Of a DNA stretch of 64,000 bases, positions 47,927 to 56,780 are shown one piece after another (position 1 is the first letter of the stretch; the number at the start of each line of letters is the position of its first letter). The DNA is from an uncultured Acidobacteriota bacterium. Its GTDB lineage: Bacteria > Acidobacteriota > Thermoanaerobaculia > UBA5066 > DATFVB01. The DNA is taken from contig CAWEYG010000004.1 in the NCBI GenBank assembly GCA_963813155.1, forward strand, positions 40,328-104,327. Direction: 5' to 3'. Under the pieces are notes generated by a model, which saw only the letters and a list, made by a program, of their open reading frames with translations, made no database searches and was not told the DNA's origin. The position numbers and the translations under genes were made by a program.

Positions 47927-49691
47927 GCGCCTTCTCTTCGTACATTCGGTCGATGAGGGTCTTGTATCTCTCGTCGATGACCTTGCGCTTGATTTTGAGC
48001 GTCGGCGTGATCTCGCCGGCTTCGATCGTCAGCTCGCGCGGGAGCAACGCGAACGCGCGGATCTGCTCGTGGTGGGCCTTGCCCGCGTTGTAACGGTCGA
48101 TCTCGCTCTGGATTCCGGCGCGGAGCGAGGCGTCCCGATCGAGAGCGGCGGCATCGCCGGGCGCGGCGGAGGTCTTTCCGAAGTTCGGCACGATCAGCGC
48201 GGAGAGGAACTTTCGCCGGTTTCCGATGACGATCGGGAGGGAAATCCAATCCGATTGCTTCAGGGCGTTTTCGATCGGCTGCGGGGCCGCTTTCTTGCCG
48301 CCGGAAAGCACGATCAACTCCTTCTTCCGGTCGGTGATCCGGAGAAAACCCTCCGAATCGAGCTCGCCGATGTCGCCGGTCGCGAACCATCCGTCGGCGT
48401 CGATGACCTTCGCGGTTTCTTCCGGCTTGCCGTAGTAGCCTTTCATGATGTGCGGCCCGCGCGTGAGGATCTCCCCGTCCTCCGCGATCTTCACCTCGAC
48501 GCCGGGGACAGGTTTCCCGACCGTCCCGAGCCTCCACCGCCCCGGGCCGTTGACCGCGATCACGGGAGACGTCTCGGTCAAACCGTATCCCTCGTAGATC
48601 GTGACGCCCGCGCCCCAGAAAAATTCCGCGAGCTCCTGCGAAAGGGGGGCTCCGCCCGAAATCGCGAACTGGAAATTCGGTCCGAGGCGCGCCCGGAGCT
48701 TCGAAAAGACGAGCCGGTCGGCGATGCGGATCCCGAGGGAGGTCGGATCGGTCTCGCCGCCTTCGAGGCGGCGAAGGCGTTCGCGGCCCTTCCCGGCAGC
48801 CCAGCCGAAGATCGCGCGCTTGAGCGGCGATTTCGCCGCCTTCTCCCGGACGGCCGCGTAGATCTTCTCGTAGACGCGCGGGACTGCCCCGAAGACGCCG
48901 GGCTTCACGATGGCGAGGGCGTCGCGGACCTTGTTGACGTCGTCGAGATAGGCGATGCGGCTTCCCTTGTACAGGTACGCGTAGTCGATCATCCGCTCGA
49001 AGACGTGCGACAGGGGAAGGAAAGAGAGGGCGACCGTGTCGCTGGGAAACGGAACGACTTCGCAGCAGGCAAGCACGTTGGACGCGAAGTTTCCGTGCGT
49101 CAGCACGGCGCCCTTCGGTTCGCCAGTTGTGCCCGAGGTATAGATGATCGTCGCGGGGTCTCCGGCGCGGATCCGTTTTGCGCGCGTCTCGAAGACGGTC
49201 GAGCCCATCTCGAGATTTCCGCGCCCCCGGTCCACCGTGCGCAGCCAGCTGTCGTATCCCGCCTCGGCCGGAGGTTCGGGGTCGATGGAAAGGACGTGCT
49301 CCAGCGAGGGACACTTTTCCCGGATCGACACCAGTTTCTCGAGCTGTTCCGACGTCGAGACGACGGCGATGCGCGCGCCGGAATCGTTCAGGATCTGGAC
49401 GATCGGCTCCGCCGGGAGCGTGGGGTAGATGGGAACGGTCAGAGCGCCGCCGCACACGATCGCGTAGTCGGTCATCGCCCACTCCGGCCGGTTTTCCGAG
49501 AGGATCGCGACCCGGTCTCCCGGCTGCATCCCGAGCGCGTTCAAGCCCAGGGAGAGGGCGCGGACCGTGAAGGAGAAGTCGCGCGACGCGATCGGTTTCC
49601 ACTTCTCGCCGTCGCGGGCGAAGAGAAGATCCGGCCGGTCGGACCGCGCGGCAATCTCGAAGATGTCGTACAGCGTTTCGATCTCGGGCAT
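47916..49691 (-). CDS. long-chain fatty acid--CoA ligase (AMP-forming)
   Basis: From ATG 49691 it contains IIYTSGTTGEPKGAVLTH, GYGLTETSP, TGDIG and ITDRKKE. GGAGG lies upstream of the start. Confidence 0.9.
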   Translation of the reverse strand: MPEIETLYDIFEIAARSDRPDLLFARDGEKWKPIASRDFSFTVRALSLGLNALGMQPGDRVAILSENRPEWAMTDYAIVCGGALTVPIYPTLPAEPIVQILNDSGARIAVVSTSEQLEKLVSIREKCPSLEHVLSIDPEPPAEAGYDSWLRTVDRGRGNLEMGSTVFETRAKRIRAGDPATIIYTSGTTGEPKGAVLTHGNFASNVLACCEVVPFPSDTVALSFLPLSHVFERMIDYAYLYKGSRIAYLDDVNKVRDALAIVKPGVFGAVPRVYEKIYAAVREKAAKSPLKRAIFGWAAGKGRERLRRLEGGETDPTSLGIRIADRLVFSKLRARLGPNFQFAISGGAPLSQELAEFFWGAGVTIYEGYGLTETSPVIAVNGPGRWRLGTVGKPVPGVEVKIAEDGEILTRGPHIMKGYYGKPEETAKVIDADGWFATGDIGELDSEGFLRITDRKKELIVLSGGKKAAPQPIENALKQSDWISLPIVIGNRRKFLSALIVPNFGKTSAAPGDAAALDRDASLRAGIQSEIDRYNAGKAHHEQIRAFALLPRELTIEAGEITPTLKIKRKVIDERYKTLIDRMYEEKAHAA

Positions 49692-49742
49692 CGCGCCTCC
49701 GGTTCGAACGATTGTAGCAGGGTGGGTTATTCTCTCGGACCG

Positions 49743-50676
49743 ATGGCGATCGCGCTTCTCCTCGTGACCGGCGCCGCGGCGGCCGGCTTCCTCGTGTCGT
49801 CGTATTTCGGCTTCGTGCTCGCAGCTCACGGGGCCCACGATCCGATGGTGAGGGCGCTCGTGACGCGCCACGTGCTGTATTCGATTCCGGCGGTGATGCT
49901 CTCTCTCTTCTCGCAGTCGATGGTGATCTTCTATTTCATCGGGACCGGCAGGCTCGTGAAGGACGAAGTGGAGAACTTCCCGGAGGCGAAGAAGCTGCCG
50001 GTGCTGCGAGCCCTCCGCCGATTCAAGGCCCGTACCTCGCCGCCCGCGACGTTTTCGATGCTCGCGGCGATCTTCGTCTTCGTCGTCGGGGGATGGGTGC
50101 ACACGGCCCCGCCGGGAACGCGCGCCGTCGCGCACTGGACGCACCTGGGAGCGAGCGTGCTTGCGGTCGTCCTTCACCTCTGGGCCCTTTTCGCCGAGTA
50201 CCCCGTGTTCGTCGAGAACAACGAACTGATGGCCGATCCGACGGCGTATGCAGCCGCGGGGGCAGGCGTCTCCCGTGGCCGTGAAAAAGGGCGTCGTCGT
50301 CGCGGCGGCGATTTCCGTGCCGTTCCTCGCGATCGCCGCCCGGGAGGCCTCGAAGCTCCTGGCGGGGCTCTCGGACCCCGCGAAGTCGAGCCCCGCGTCG
50401 ATTCTCTGGATCTTCGCGATCTTCGTCGTCCTCGCGCTGCTCTGGGTTTCGGTGTACGCGATCTCGCGGCGCGCGCAGCCGGCGTCGGACAGGCTTCCGT
50501 TCGCCGCGGCCGCCGCGATCGCGATGCGCGAGGCGAAGAAGCGCCCGCCGGCGGCAAAATGCCCGCGCTGCGGCCGCGCGCGGATCAGCGACAGCGTTTC
50601 GAAATGCCTCTATTGCGGGGCGGAGTTCGGTGGGCCACCGACGCCGGTGACCGGGCACGAAGCTCCTCGGGCATGA
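49743..50676 (+). CDS. multi-pass membrane protein with C-terminal zinc-ribbon, probably frame broken once
   Basis: The TM-rich N-terminus runs from ATG 49743. Its frame becomes Arg-rich nonsense after ..TAYAAAG at the G5 run 50256-50260. ORF 50248..50676 continues with two more TM segments and CPRCG..CLYCG. Confidence 0.5.
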
Positions 50677-50728
50677 AGCGATAAAACTTCCTTACTTGTG
50701 GTAAGGAATCTGTGGTAAGATCGCGGCC

Positions 50729-50977
50729 ATGTCGAGCGCGAAGATGACGAGCAAAGGCCAGATCACTGTCCCCAAGAGGATCCGCGAAACGCTGCGGCTC
50801 GAGCCCGGAGACAGGATCGAGTTCAGCGCGAGTGCTTCGGGCGAGGTCGTGGTGCGGGCGAAGACTCGCTCGATCACAGAGCTCTATGGCGCGCTGAGGC
50901 GCCCCGGCCGGCGGCCGGTGTCTCTCGCGGAAATGGAGCGGGCGATCCTCGCGGCGCACGGCAAATCGTCCACGTGA
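50729..50977 (+). CDS. vapB: AbrB/MazE/SpoVT-family antitoxin (VapB-like)
   Basis: It has the SpoVT-AbrB motif MTSKGQITVPKRIRETLRLEPGDRIEF and is 82 aa, located upstream of a PIN gene. Confidence 0.85.
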   Translation: MSSAKMTSKGQITVPKRIRETLRLEPGDRIEFSASASGEVVVRAKTRSITELYGALRRPGRRPVSLAEMERAILAAHGKSST

Positions 50978-51400
50978 TTGGTCTCGACACGAATGTCGCT
51001 GATCCGGCTGCTCGTCGAGGATGACGCGCGCCAGGCGAGGGCCGCGAAAGAACTGATCTCGAGCGCAGTGGCCCGCGGAGAACTACTGCGAGTCGATCCG
51101 GTCGTGCTGTGCGAGGTCGTGTGGGTTCTTCGGAGCGCGTATCGCGTGCCGAAAGCTCGGATCGCCGACGTTCTGGAAGGGTTGCTTTCGGCCGGCGAGC
51201 TCGAGATCGGAGACGCGGACCCGGTGCGCGACGCGCTCGAGGACTTTCGAGTGGGGAAGGGCGACTTCGCCGACTACGTCATCGCTCGCCGCAACCAGGC
51301 TGCGGGCTGCGGGGTCACGGCAACCTTCGACCGCTCGCATTCCGGCGATTCGTCTTTTCGCGTGATCTCGCCGGGTCACCGAAAGCGCGGTGGAGGCTGA
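50974..51400 (+). CDS. vapC: PIN-domain toxin (VapC-like), frame broken after codon 8
   Basis: The GTG at 50974 (GTGA overlap) reads VIGLDTNV and then hits a stop. Removing one base near 50998 joins it to ..LIRLLVEDDARQA... of ORF 50978..51400. Confidence 0.75.
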
Positions 51401-51437
51401 GGTCGTTGCGGGCCTGGCGCGACGTCCCCGTGATCCG

Positions 51438-51464
51438 CGCCCGAAGCCCTCGGGCGTTTCGCTT
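51438..51464 (+). terminator. intrinsic terminator after vapC
   Basis: CGCCCGA (51438-51444) pairs with TCGGGCG (51450-51456) and is followed by TTTCGCTT. Confidence 0.55.
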
Positions 51465-51782
51465 ACGTCCGGAGCGGCTGGAACCCGGTGATCGAGACCT
51501 TGTCCGCTACGCGGTCCTTGCCGTCGAGGTGGTACGTCACCGTAACTTCGTCTCCCACCTTCAGGTCTGACCAGGTCGCCTTTTTCTCGCCAATCAGGTA
51601 GGTCGTCTCAGCGGAGGTCTTGTAGCTCGATTCCTTGGTCTTCCATTTCAACGTGAAGGTCTTGGACGCATCGTTGACCGCGCTCACTTTACCGCCCTGC
51701 GGGGGCTCGAACGCTGCAACGACCCGCTGACCGCGAACAGGCAGAGGCAGACGAGAAGTCCCCAGGTCATGATCTTTCGCAT
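51463..51782 (-). CDS. small secreted protein, frame broken once
   Basis: ATG 51782 is preceded by GGAGG and gives the signal peptide MRKIMTWGLLVCLCLFAVSG. The mature part (AAFEPPQGGKVSAVNDASKTFTLKWKTKESSYK..DEVTVTYHLDGKDRVADKVSITGF) is in ORF 51463..52104. The switch is near 51700-51725. Confidence 0.6.
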
Positions 51783-52146
51783 ACGAGCCTCCTCTCTGAA
51801 AATCATCATCGCCAGTATACCCGCCGGGTGCGCGGTCACGGTCGAGGTGGTACTCGGACGACCCGCCGCGCAAAGTCTCGGTCAGGTACTCAAGCGTTGA
51901 AGGCGTTCGGTATGAGCTGACGCTGTCCGTCGTCAAGTCCGAACACGACCACCGGCCGTATTTGCTCATCCAGGATTGGCAGACCAGGGAGCTTGGAGGG
52001 CAACTCAGACGTCTCTCGCGCGCGGTGACGGCGCGGTGACCGACTACCTGACCTCCTCGCGTGCGCGCCGGTTTCCGTTTGACCGTAGTTTGACCCGGAC
52101 ACACGTCAAACTGGGGTCAACGGGGGCCGTGTTCACACGGTGCACG

Positions 52147-52183
52147 CAGAAGAAAAGAGGCGGGCCGTTAGTTTCGGCCCGCC
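52147..52183 (-). terminator. intrinsic terminator downstream of the tRNA
   Basis: A 9-bp stem pairs GGCGGGCCG (52159-52167) with CGGCCCGCC (52175-52183). On the minus strand it is followed by TCTTTTCTTCT. Confidence 0.7.
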
Positions 52184-52212
52184 GATATTGGCGTAAAACC
52201 CTTGTCTTGAGG

Positions 52213-52289
52213 TGGTGGCGGCGGGGGGAATCGAACCTCCGACATGGCGCTTATGAGACGCCCGCTCTAACCATCTGAGCTACGCCGCC
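52213..52289 (-). tRNA. tRNA-Met (anticodon CAT; tRNA-Ile2 not excluded), CCA encoded
   Basis: It folds as a 77-nt cloverleaf: GGCGGCG-TA-GCTC-AGATGGTTA-GAGC-G-GGCGT-CTCATAA-GCGCC-ATGTC-GGAGG-TTCGATT-CCCCC-CGCCGCC-A-CCA. The G1-C72 pair and the anticodon stem argue against an initiator. The T-stem has one A-C mismatch. Confidence 0.85.
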
Positions 52290-52368
52290 CGGAGCGCCTT
52301 TTATCACAGGCACGGACCATCCTCTCCCGCGACGCGCTGCCGGCCTCATACCCCAGCGACGTGCTTGC

Positions 52369-52695
52369 TCAGTACGCCTCGGGCCCGTTGGGCTCGGGCG
52401 CTCGTCGCGCCGTCCGCGCAGTTGAAGTCAGTGAAGTGCTGGCGGCCGCGCGCCGGCGGACGAGGACGATGTTTCGGATGTAGACGAAGAAGCCGAATGC
52501 CTGCCCCGAGATGAAGACGGGATCTCTCCGCTCGATCGAGTAGGCGAGAAGGAGCGCGGCCCCCGCGAGAGAGAAATACCAGAAGACCATCGGTATGTGG
52601 CTTTCGCCTTTCCGTTCGGAGGAGATCCACTGGACGAAGAAGCGTAGGAAAAATGCGATCTGGCCGGCGAACCCCACGACAATCCACGCGCTCAT
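52369..52695 (-). CDS. lipid-A-disaccharide synthase N-terminal (LAB_N) domain membrane protein
   Basis: It reads MSAWIVVGFAGQIAFFLRFFVQWISSERKGESHIPMVFWYFSLAGAALLLAYSI. Its start forms an ATGA overlap with the upstream GT2 gene. Confidence 0.7.
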   Translation of the reverse strand: MSAWIVVGFAGQIAFFLRFFVQWISSERKGESHIPMVFWYFSLAGAALLLAYSIERRDPVFISGQAFGFFVYIRNIVLVRRRAAASTSLTSTARTARRAPEPNGPEAY

Positions 52696-53423
52696 AGTTC
52701 CTCCCACTCGGAATGGACACGCCGCCGCAAGAGCCATCTCAAGCCCGCCAGGTCCGCGGCGGGCGAGAGGAGGCGATTGAAGAGCCCGTACTTCGCGCGC
52801 CCGTGGATGCGGGGGCGGTGGCGAATCGGAACTTCCTCGACGCGCCCGCCTTCCCGTCGAACGAGCGCCGCGATGAATCGATGCATTCCGTTGAAGCGAA
52901 CGATCCGCCGGGCCATTTCCGCCCGGATCGCCCAGAGGCACGTCCCGCCGTCGTGCGCGCCATCCCGCAGAACCGTGCGCCTCACGGCGTTGGCAAGGCG
53001 TGAGCTGAGCCGCCTCACGAGAGGGTCGTTTCGCGCGGTTCGAACGCCGAGTGCCGCATCGGCCCTCGCCAGAGCCGCCAAAAGAAGCTTGATGTCCGCG
53101 GGGTCGCTCTGGAGGTCTGCGTCCATCACGACGATTCGATCTCCCCGTGCCGCATCGATGCCGGTGACGGCGGCGGCGGACTTTCCCTCGCGTCTCTCCC
53201 GGCGGAGCACTCGAAGCGCAACACCGGGCCTGCGGGTACGCCAGGCGAGAGCGCGGCGCGCGGTTGCGTCCGTCGAACCGTCGTCGACCAGGAGGATTTC
53301 GGCACTGGTCCCGCCCGCGCTCAATTCAGCGGTGAGCTCATCGAGGAGCGGCTCGAGGTTATCCTCCTCGTCGTAGGCCGGAAGCACGATCGAGACCTCG
53401 GGAGCCCGGAGGTCGGTGTTCAC
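52692..53423 (-). CDS. family 2 glycosyltransferase (polyprenyl-phosphate sugar transferase, ArnC/GtrB-like)
   Basis: It contains VSIVLPAYDEEDNL, LLVDDGSTD and VVMDADLQ and is 243 aa. Confidence 0.85.
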   Translation of the reverse strand: MNTDLRAPEVSIVLPAYDEEDNLEPLLDELTAELSAGGTSAEILLVDDGSTDATARRALAWRTRRPGVALRVLRRERREGKSAAAVTGIDAARGDRIVVMDADLQSDPADIKLLLAALARADAALGVRTARNDPLVRRLSSRLANAVRRTVLRDGAHDGGTCLWAIRAEMARRIVRFNGMHRFIAALVRREGGRVEEVPIRHRPRIHGRAKYGLFNRLLSPAADLAGLRWLLRRRVHSEWEEL

Positions 53424-55123
53424 TGTTCCCCCGGAAGTCCGACGAGCGCGACACTGGCATTCCAGATCCGGAAGTCTTGCTCATCCCGATGTGACGGGAT
53501 CCTGTCGACGACGTCTTTCCCCGTCAACACGAGCGTCGGTTGCTGCGGGCGGACGAGCGATTCCGGCAGAGCAGTCTCGCTGGCGAGGTTGTAAATCCTG
53601 ACGCCATGCAGTCCCTGAAGGTACCATCGCGCCTCACACCAGACTCCGGGGACTTCGCCGGTGGGAGCGAGAGACGGGAAATTCCAGAACGTCACCGCGT
53701 TTCCATAGGAGGGCGCGATCGCTTCGATTCGCCTGGCCAGAAGCTCGGAATTCAAGACTTCTCCGCCCAGGCGAAGCGGCGCCAGCGCGAAGGCTGCGGA
53801 AACCGCCGTCAGCTCGGCGACGAGAAGCGTTCGCCCCCAGCGGGGCCGCAGGAGGATCAGGCACACCAGTAGCACTCCGAGCGCGATCGGCAGGATCAGT
53901 ACGGCTCCCGTTGACACGAACCGGATGCTTGCGCCCGTCCAAAGCCAGAGGAAACAGTCGCTGCTCCATCGCGGTCGGAAGAGGAGCGCCCCTGCGGCGA
54001 GCGCGCCCGCTGCCGTCGTCAGAGCGACGCTGTGGCGCCCGGCCGCAAGAAGCCTCTGGACGAAGACGCCGATCAGAATCGCGACGGCGGGGTAGAAAGG
54101 GTAGCCGTACCAGGCCGTCGGGTTGGTGGCGGCGAGCATGCCGGCCGCGTACAGGCCGATCCAGCCCGCGCTCAGGGCCCGGTCATCGTGTCTCCACTCC
54201 GGCAGCCTCCGCAAGACCCACGCGATGATCAGCGGCGCAAGGAGGCTCCAGGGGAAGAACCCGTCAAAGAGCGTTCGCGCCAGAACGCCGACCCGGCCGG
54301 ACAACGGCCGCGGGGTCTTCCATGGCAGAGGTCTCCCGCCGCCCAAATTGAACCGTCCCAGGTTCTCCCGCAAGAGGAACACTTCCGCGAACGCCCGGCC
54401 ATGCAGGATCAGCATCGCCGCCGGCCAGGCCACGGAAAGCGCGAGGAGCATCGCCGTGGCGCCCCAGATCAGGCGGGGGGGAATTGGAGGATTCGCCCTG
54501 CGCGTCGCAAAGAGATGGATTCCAACGAGGGCGGCCGCCGGGAGGCCCAGGAAGTTCTTCGTCAGACTGGCGAGCCCGAATGCGATGCCCGCGAGTATCA
54601 GAAGCCGCGGGTGCGCTCTGCGAGAAACGACACACAGCATTCCGAGCGCGATCCAGAACGTCGCCGTCGGATCGAGGCAGCAATTGCGAGCTCCATGGTA
54701 ATAGACGAATCTTGCTGACGTCGCCAGGGCCAGCGCCGCGAAAACTCCCGCCCGGGCCCCGAAGAGACGACGCCCGATCAGCCCGGTCAACAGCACGGTC
54801 CCGGCGCCGGCGGCACCCGACCAGAAGCGCAGAGCGAGGTCCGTTTGCCCGACGACGAGGAACGTACCGGCAGTAAGCCAGAAATAGAGCGGCGGCTTCG
54901 TGTAACGGAAACCGCCATTCAGACGGGGCGTGAGCCAGTCTCCGGTCTGAAGCATTTCCCGTGAGGTGAGCGCTTCGATCGCTTCGTCGCTGTCCTTCAG
55001 GCTGGGCGCGCCCAGACGATAGAAATTGAGCGCGAGCGACAGGACGGCGACCGCGAGCATGCCGATTACGAAAAAGCGGCGGTCGCGCCGGGCCGAATCG
55101 AGCGTCTCGGCCACGTCCGTCAC
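53420..55123 (-). CDS. ArnT/PMT-like (GT39/GT83) membrane glycosyltransferase
   Basis: It is a 567-aa polytopic membrane protein. The first periplasmic loop reads DEAIEALTSREMLQTGDWLTPRLNGGFRYTKPPLYFWL. Confidence 0.8.
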   Translation of the reverse strand: MTDVAETLDSARRDRRFFVIGMLAVAVLSLALNFYRLGAPSLKDSDEAIEALTSREMLQTGDWLTPRLNGGFRYTKPPLYFWLTAGTFLVVGQTDLALRFWSGAAGAGTVLLTGLIGRRLFGARAGVFAALALATSARFVYYHGARNCCLDPTATFWIALGMLCVVSRRAHPRLLILAGIAFGLASLTKNFLGLPAAALVGIHLFATRRANPPIPPRLIWGATAMLLALSVAWPAAMLILHGRAFAEVFLLRENLGRFNLGGGRPLPWKTPRPLSGRVGVLARTLFDGFFPWSLLAPLIIAWVLRRLPEWRHDDRALSAGWIGLYAAGMLAATNPTAWYGYPFYPAVAILIGVFVQRLLAAGRHSVALTTAAGALAAGALLFRPRWSSDCFLWLWTGASIRFVSTGAVLILPIALGVLLVCLILLRPRWGRTLLVAELTAVSAAFALAPLRLGGEVLNSELLARRIEAIAPSYGNAVTFWNFPSLAPTGEVPGVWCEARWYLQGLHGVRIYNLASETALPESLVRPQQPTLVLTGKDVVDRIPSHRDEQDFRIWNASVALVGLPGEQ

Positions 55124-55176
55124 AGAGGGAGATTAGCACCTTGGGGTCCGCTCGCGCGACTCGCGGGCAACGCGGA

Positions 55177-55587
55177 TTATTTCTTGTAGAACGCCTCGAC
55201 GACCTTCTTGATCTCGTCGTCGGCCGAGCCCTCGGCCTTCATCTTCCCGGCGAGCTCCGCTTCGCCGCGGCAGATTTCGCACCCCGTCGCGTGGAGCGAC
55301 GTGTAGCAGGTGAGAAGCGACCTATGGTGCAGGTTCGGGCTCTCCTCGCAGCCGCAATAGCAGTGGATCTTGTCGATCGTTTCCGGATATTTCTTCGCGG
55401 CCGCGTAAGCCGGGCGCGATTCCGCGTCCTCATCGCCCAGCTCCGCCGGGTCGAGGAGCGGCTTGGTTTCGCGGCACGCCGCGCATCCGTTGGATTTCGG
55501 CGATTCCTTCTTTGGCGCGGTTTTGTCGGCGAAGGCGATGGCGCCGGCGAGGAGCAGCGCGCCTCCGGCCGCGAGAATGAGTTTCAT
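55177..55587 (-). CDS. PCYCGC-motif family secreted protein (HCYCGC variant)
   Basis: It has the signal peptide MKLILAAGGALLLAGAIAFA, then IHCYCGCEES...CYTSLHATGCEIC. Its start forms an ATGA overlap with the GT4 gene. Confidence 0.65.
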   Translation of the reverse strand: MKLILAAGGALLLAGAIAFADKTAPKKESPKSNGCAACRETKPLLDPAELGDEDAESRPAYAAAKKYPETIDKIHCYCGCEESPNLHHRSLLTCYTSLHATGCEICRGEAELAGKMKAEGSADDEIKKVVEAFYKK

Positions 55588-56717
55588 GATTTCTCCATCA
55601 ACGGAAGGGTAACGTTTCCCCGCTTTCGATTGTTCCAGAATTCGAGCGCTTCGGCGTAGAAAGAAGAGGCTTCCGCCGCGAACGGCTTCGCTGAAAACCT
55701 CTCCGAAGCCGCCCTCGCGTGACGCGACATCGAGGCTCGCTGGTCGGGATGGCTGTGGAGGAACGCGAGCGACGCCGCGGCCTCCTCTTCGGTCCGGCAG
55801 ACGAGCCCGGATCCGGCGGGAAGGCGCGCGTCTTCGATGCCGGGGACTGAGAGCGACACGGCCGGCAACCCGCTCGCCATCGCCTCGAGGACCGCGCGGT
55901 GGCCCTGATCGGCGCCGGAGGCGGTGAAGAGGAATGCGTCCATCGACCGATAGAGGTCCGGAAGGAGGTCCTCCTGGTAGCCGGTCCCGAAGCTCCGGCC
56001 GCCGACGCCGAGCGAGCCGGCGAGCCGGCGGATCTCGTCTTCCCGTTCCCCCTTCCCGATCTGGAGGAGAACGATCGAAGGCTCGCCGATTCGGGCGAGG
56101 ATTCGAACCGCCGCGTCCTGCCCCCGTCCCGGGGCGATTTTCCCGATCGTGCCGACGACGAACGAGCCCCCGGGGACGCCGAACGACCGCAGGAGAGCCT
56201 CGTCGCGCGCGCCGGGAAGGAATCGATCGCGGTCGACAACCGGAGAGAGGACGCGGGAGGGCGCCGCGGAAGGGAATCGCTCGCGGAACTGCGACCCGAT
56301 CGCGCTGTTGGAGAAAGCGTGTCCCGCGGATCGCCGGATCATCCAGCCCATACCGGCTCCCGTGCGAAGCGAACGCGCGTGGTGAAAGGAGCGGACGATC
56401 GGAAATCCGCGTCGCGGAGCCGCCGCGAGGGCCACGAGGTGGTCGTGGGAGGCATGGGAATGGAGAAGATCGAACGGCTCTGTCCCCAGGATCTCGGCGA
56501 CGCGCCCGACGTCGCGAAGGAACGCCCGCGGTCCGGCCCCCGGCGAGAGCATCGGCCGGGCCCATCCCGCGGATTCGAACCGGCGCGCGAGGGGGCTCTC
56601 CGCGGTGAAGCCGATCTCCGCTTCGACTCCGGCCGAGCGGAGGGCGCGGACCTGATCGAGAGCGACGGCCGCGGGTCCGGTCCATTTCGCGCCGGCGACC
56701 AGATGGAGAACGCGCAT
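55584..56717 (-). CDS. family 4 (GT-B) glycosyltransferase
   Basis: It is 377 aa with a GT-B C-terminal signature (DAFLFTASGADQGHRAVLEAMASGLPAV). Confidence 0.8.
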   Translation of the reverse strand: MRVLHLVAGAKWTGPAAVALDQVRALRSAGVEAEIGFTAESPLARRFESAGWARPMLSPGAGPRAFLRDVGRVAEILGTEPFDLLHSHASHDHLVALAAAPRRGFPIVRSFHHARSLRTGAGMGWMIRRSAGHAFSNSAIGSQFRERFPSAAPSRVLSPVVDRDRFLPGARDEALLRSFGVPGGSFVVGTIGKIAPGRGQDAAVRILARIGEPSIVLLQIGKGEREDEIRRLAGSLGVGGRSFGTGYQEDLLPDLYRSMDAFLFTASGADQGHRAVLEAMASGLPAVSLSVPGIEDARLPAGSGLVCRTEEEAAASLAFLHSHPDQRASMSRHARAASERFSAKPFAAEASSFYAEALEFWNNRKRGNVTLPLMEKS

Positions 56718-56780
56718 CGCGCGGATCGTAACTCAGAGCCGGTCCCGACGCTGATAGACTCCCTCGCGGAGGAAACGCGG

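Noticed and set aside
50685-52368. I considered an intact genomic island or prophage at the tRNA-Met locus.
   Set aside because: No integrase, excisionase or phage gene is present, and I found no direct repeat of the tRNA 3' end. Only a TA pair, a small secreted-protein gene and repeat-rich DNA are there. It is reported only as a possible remnant.
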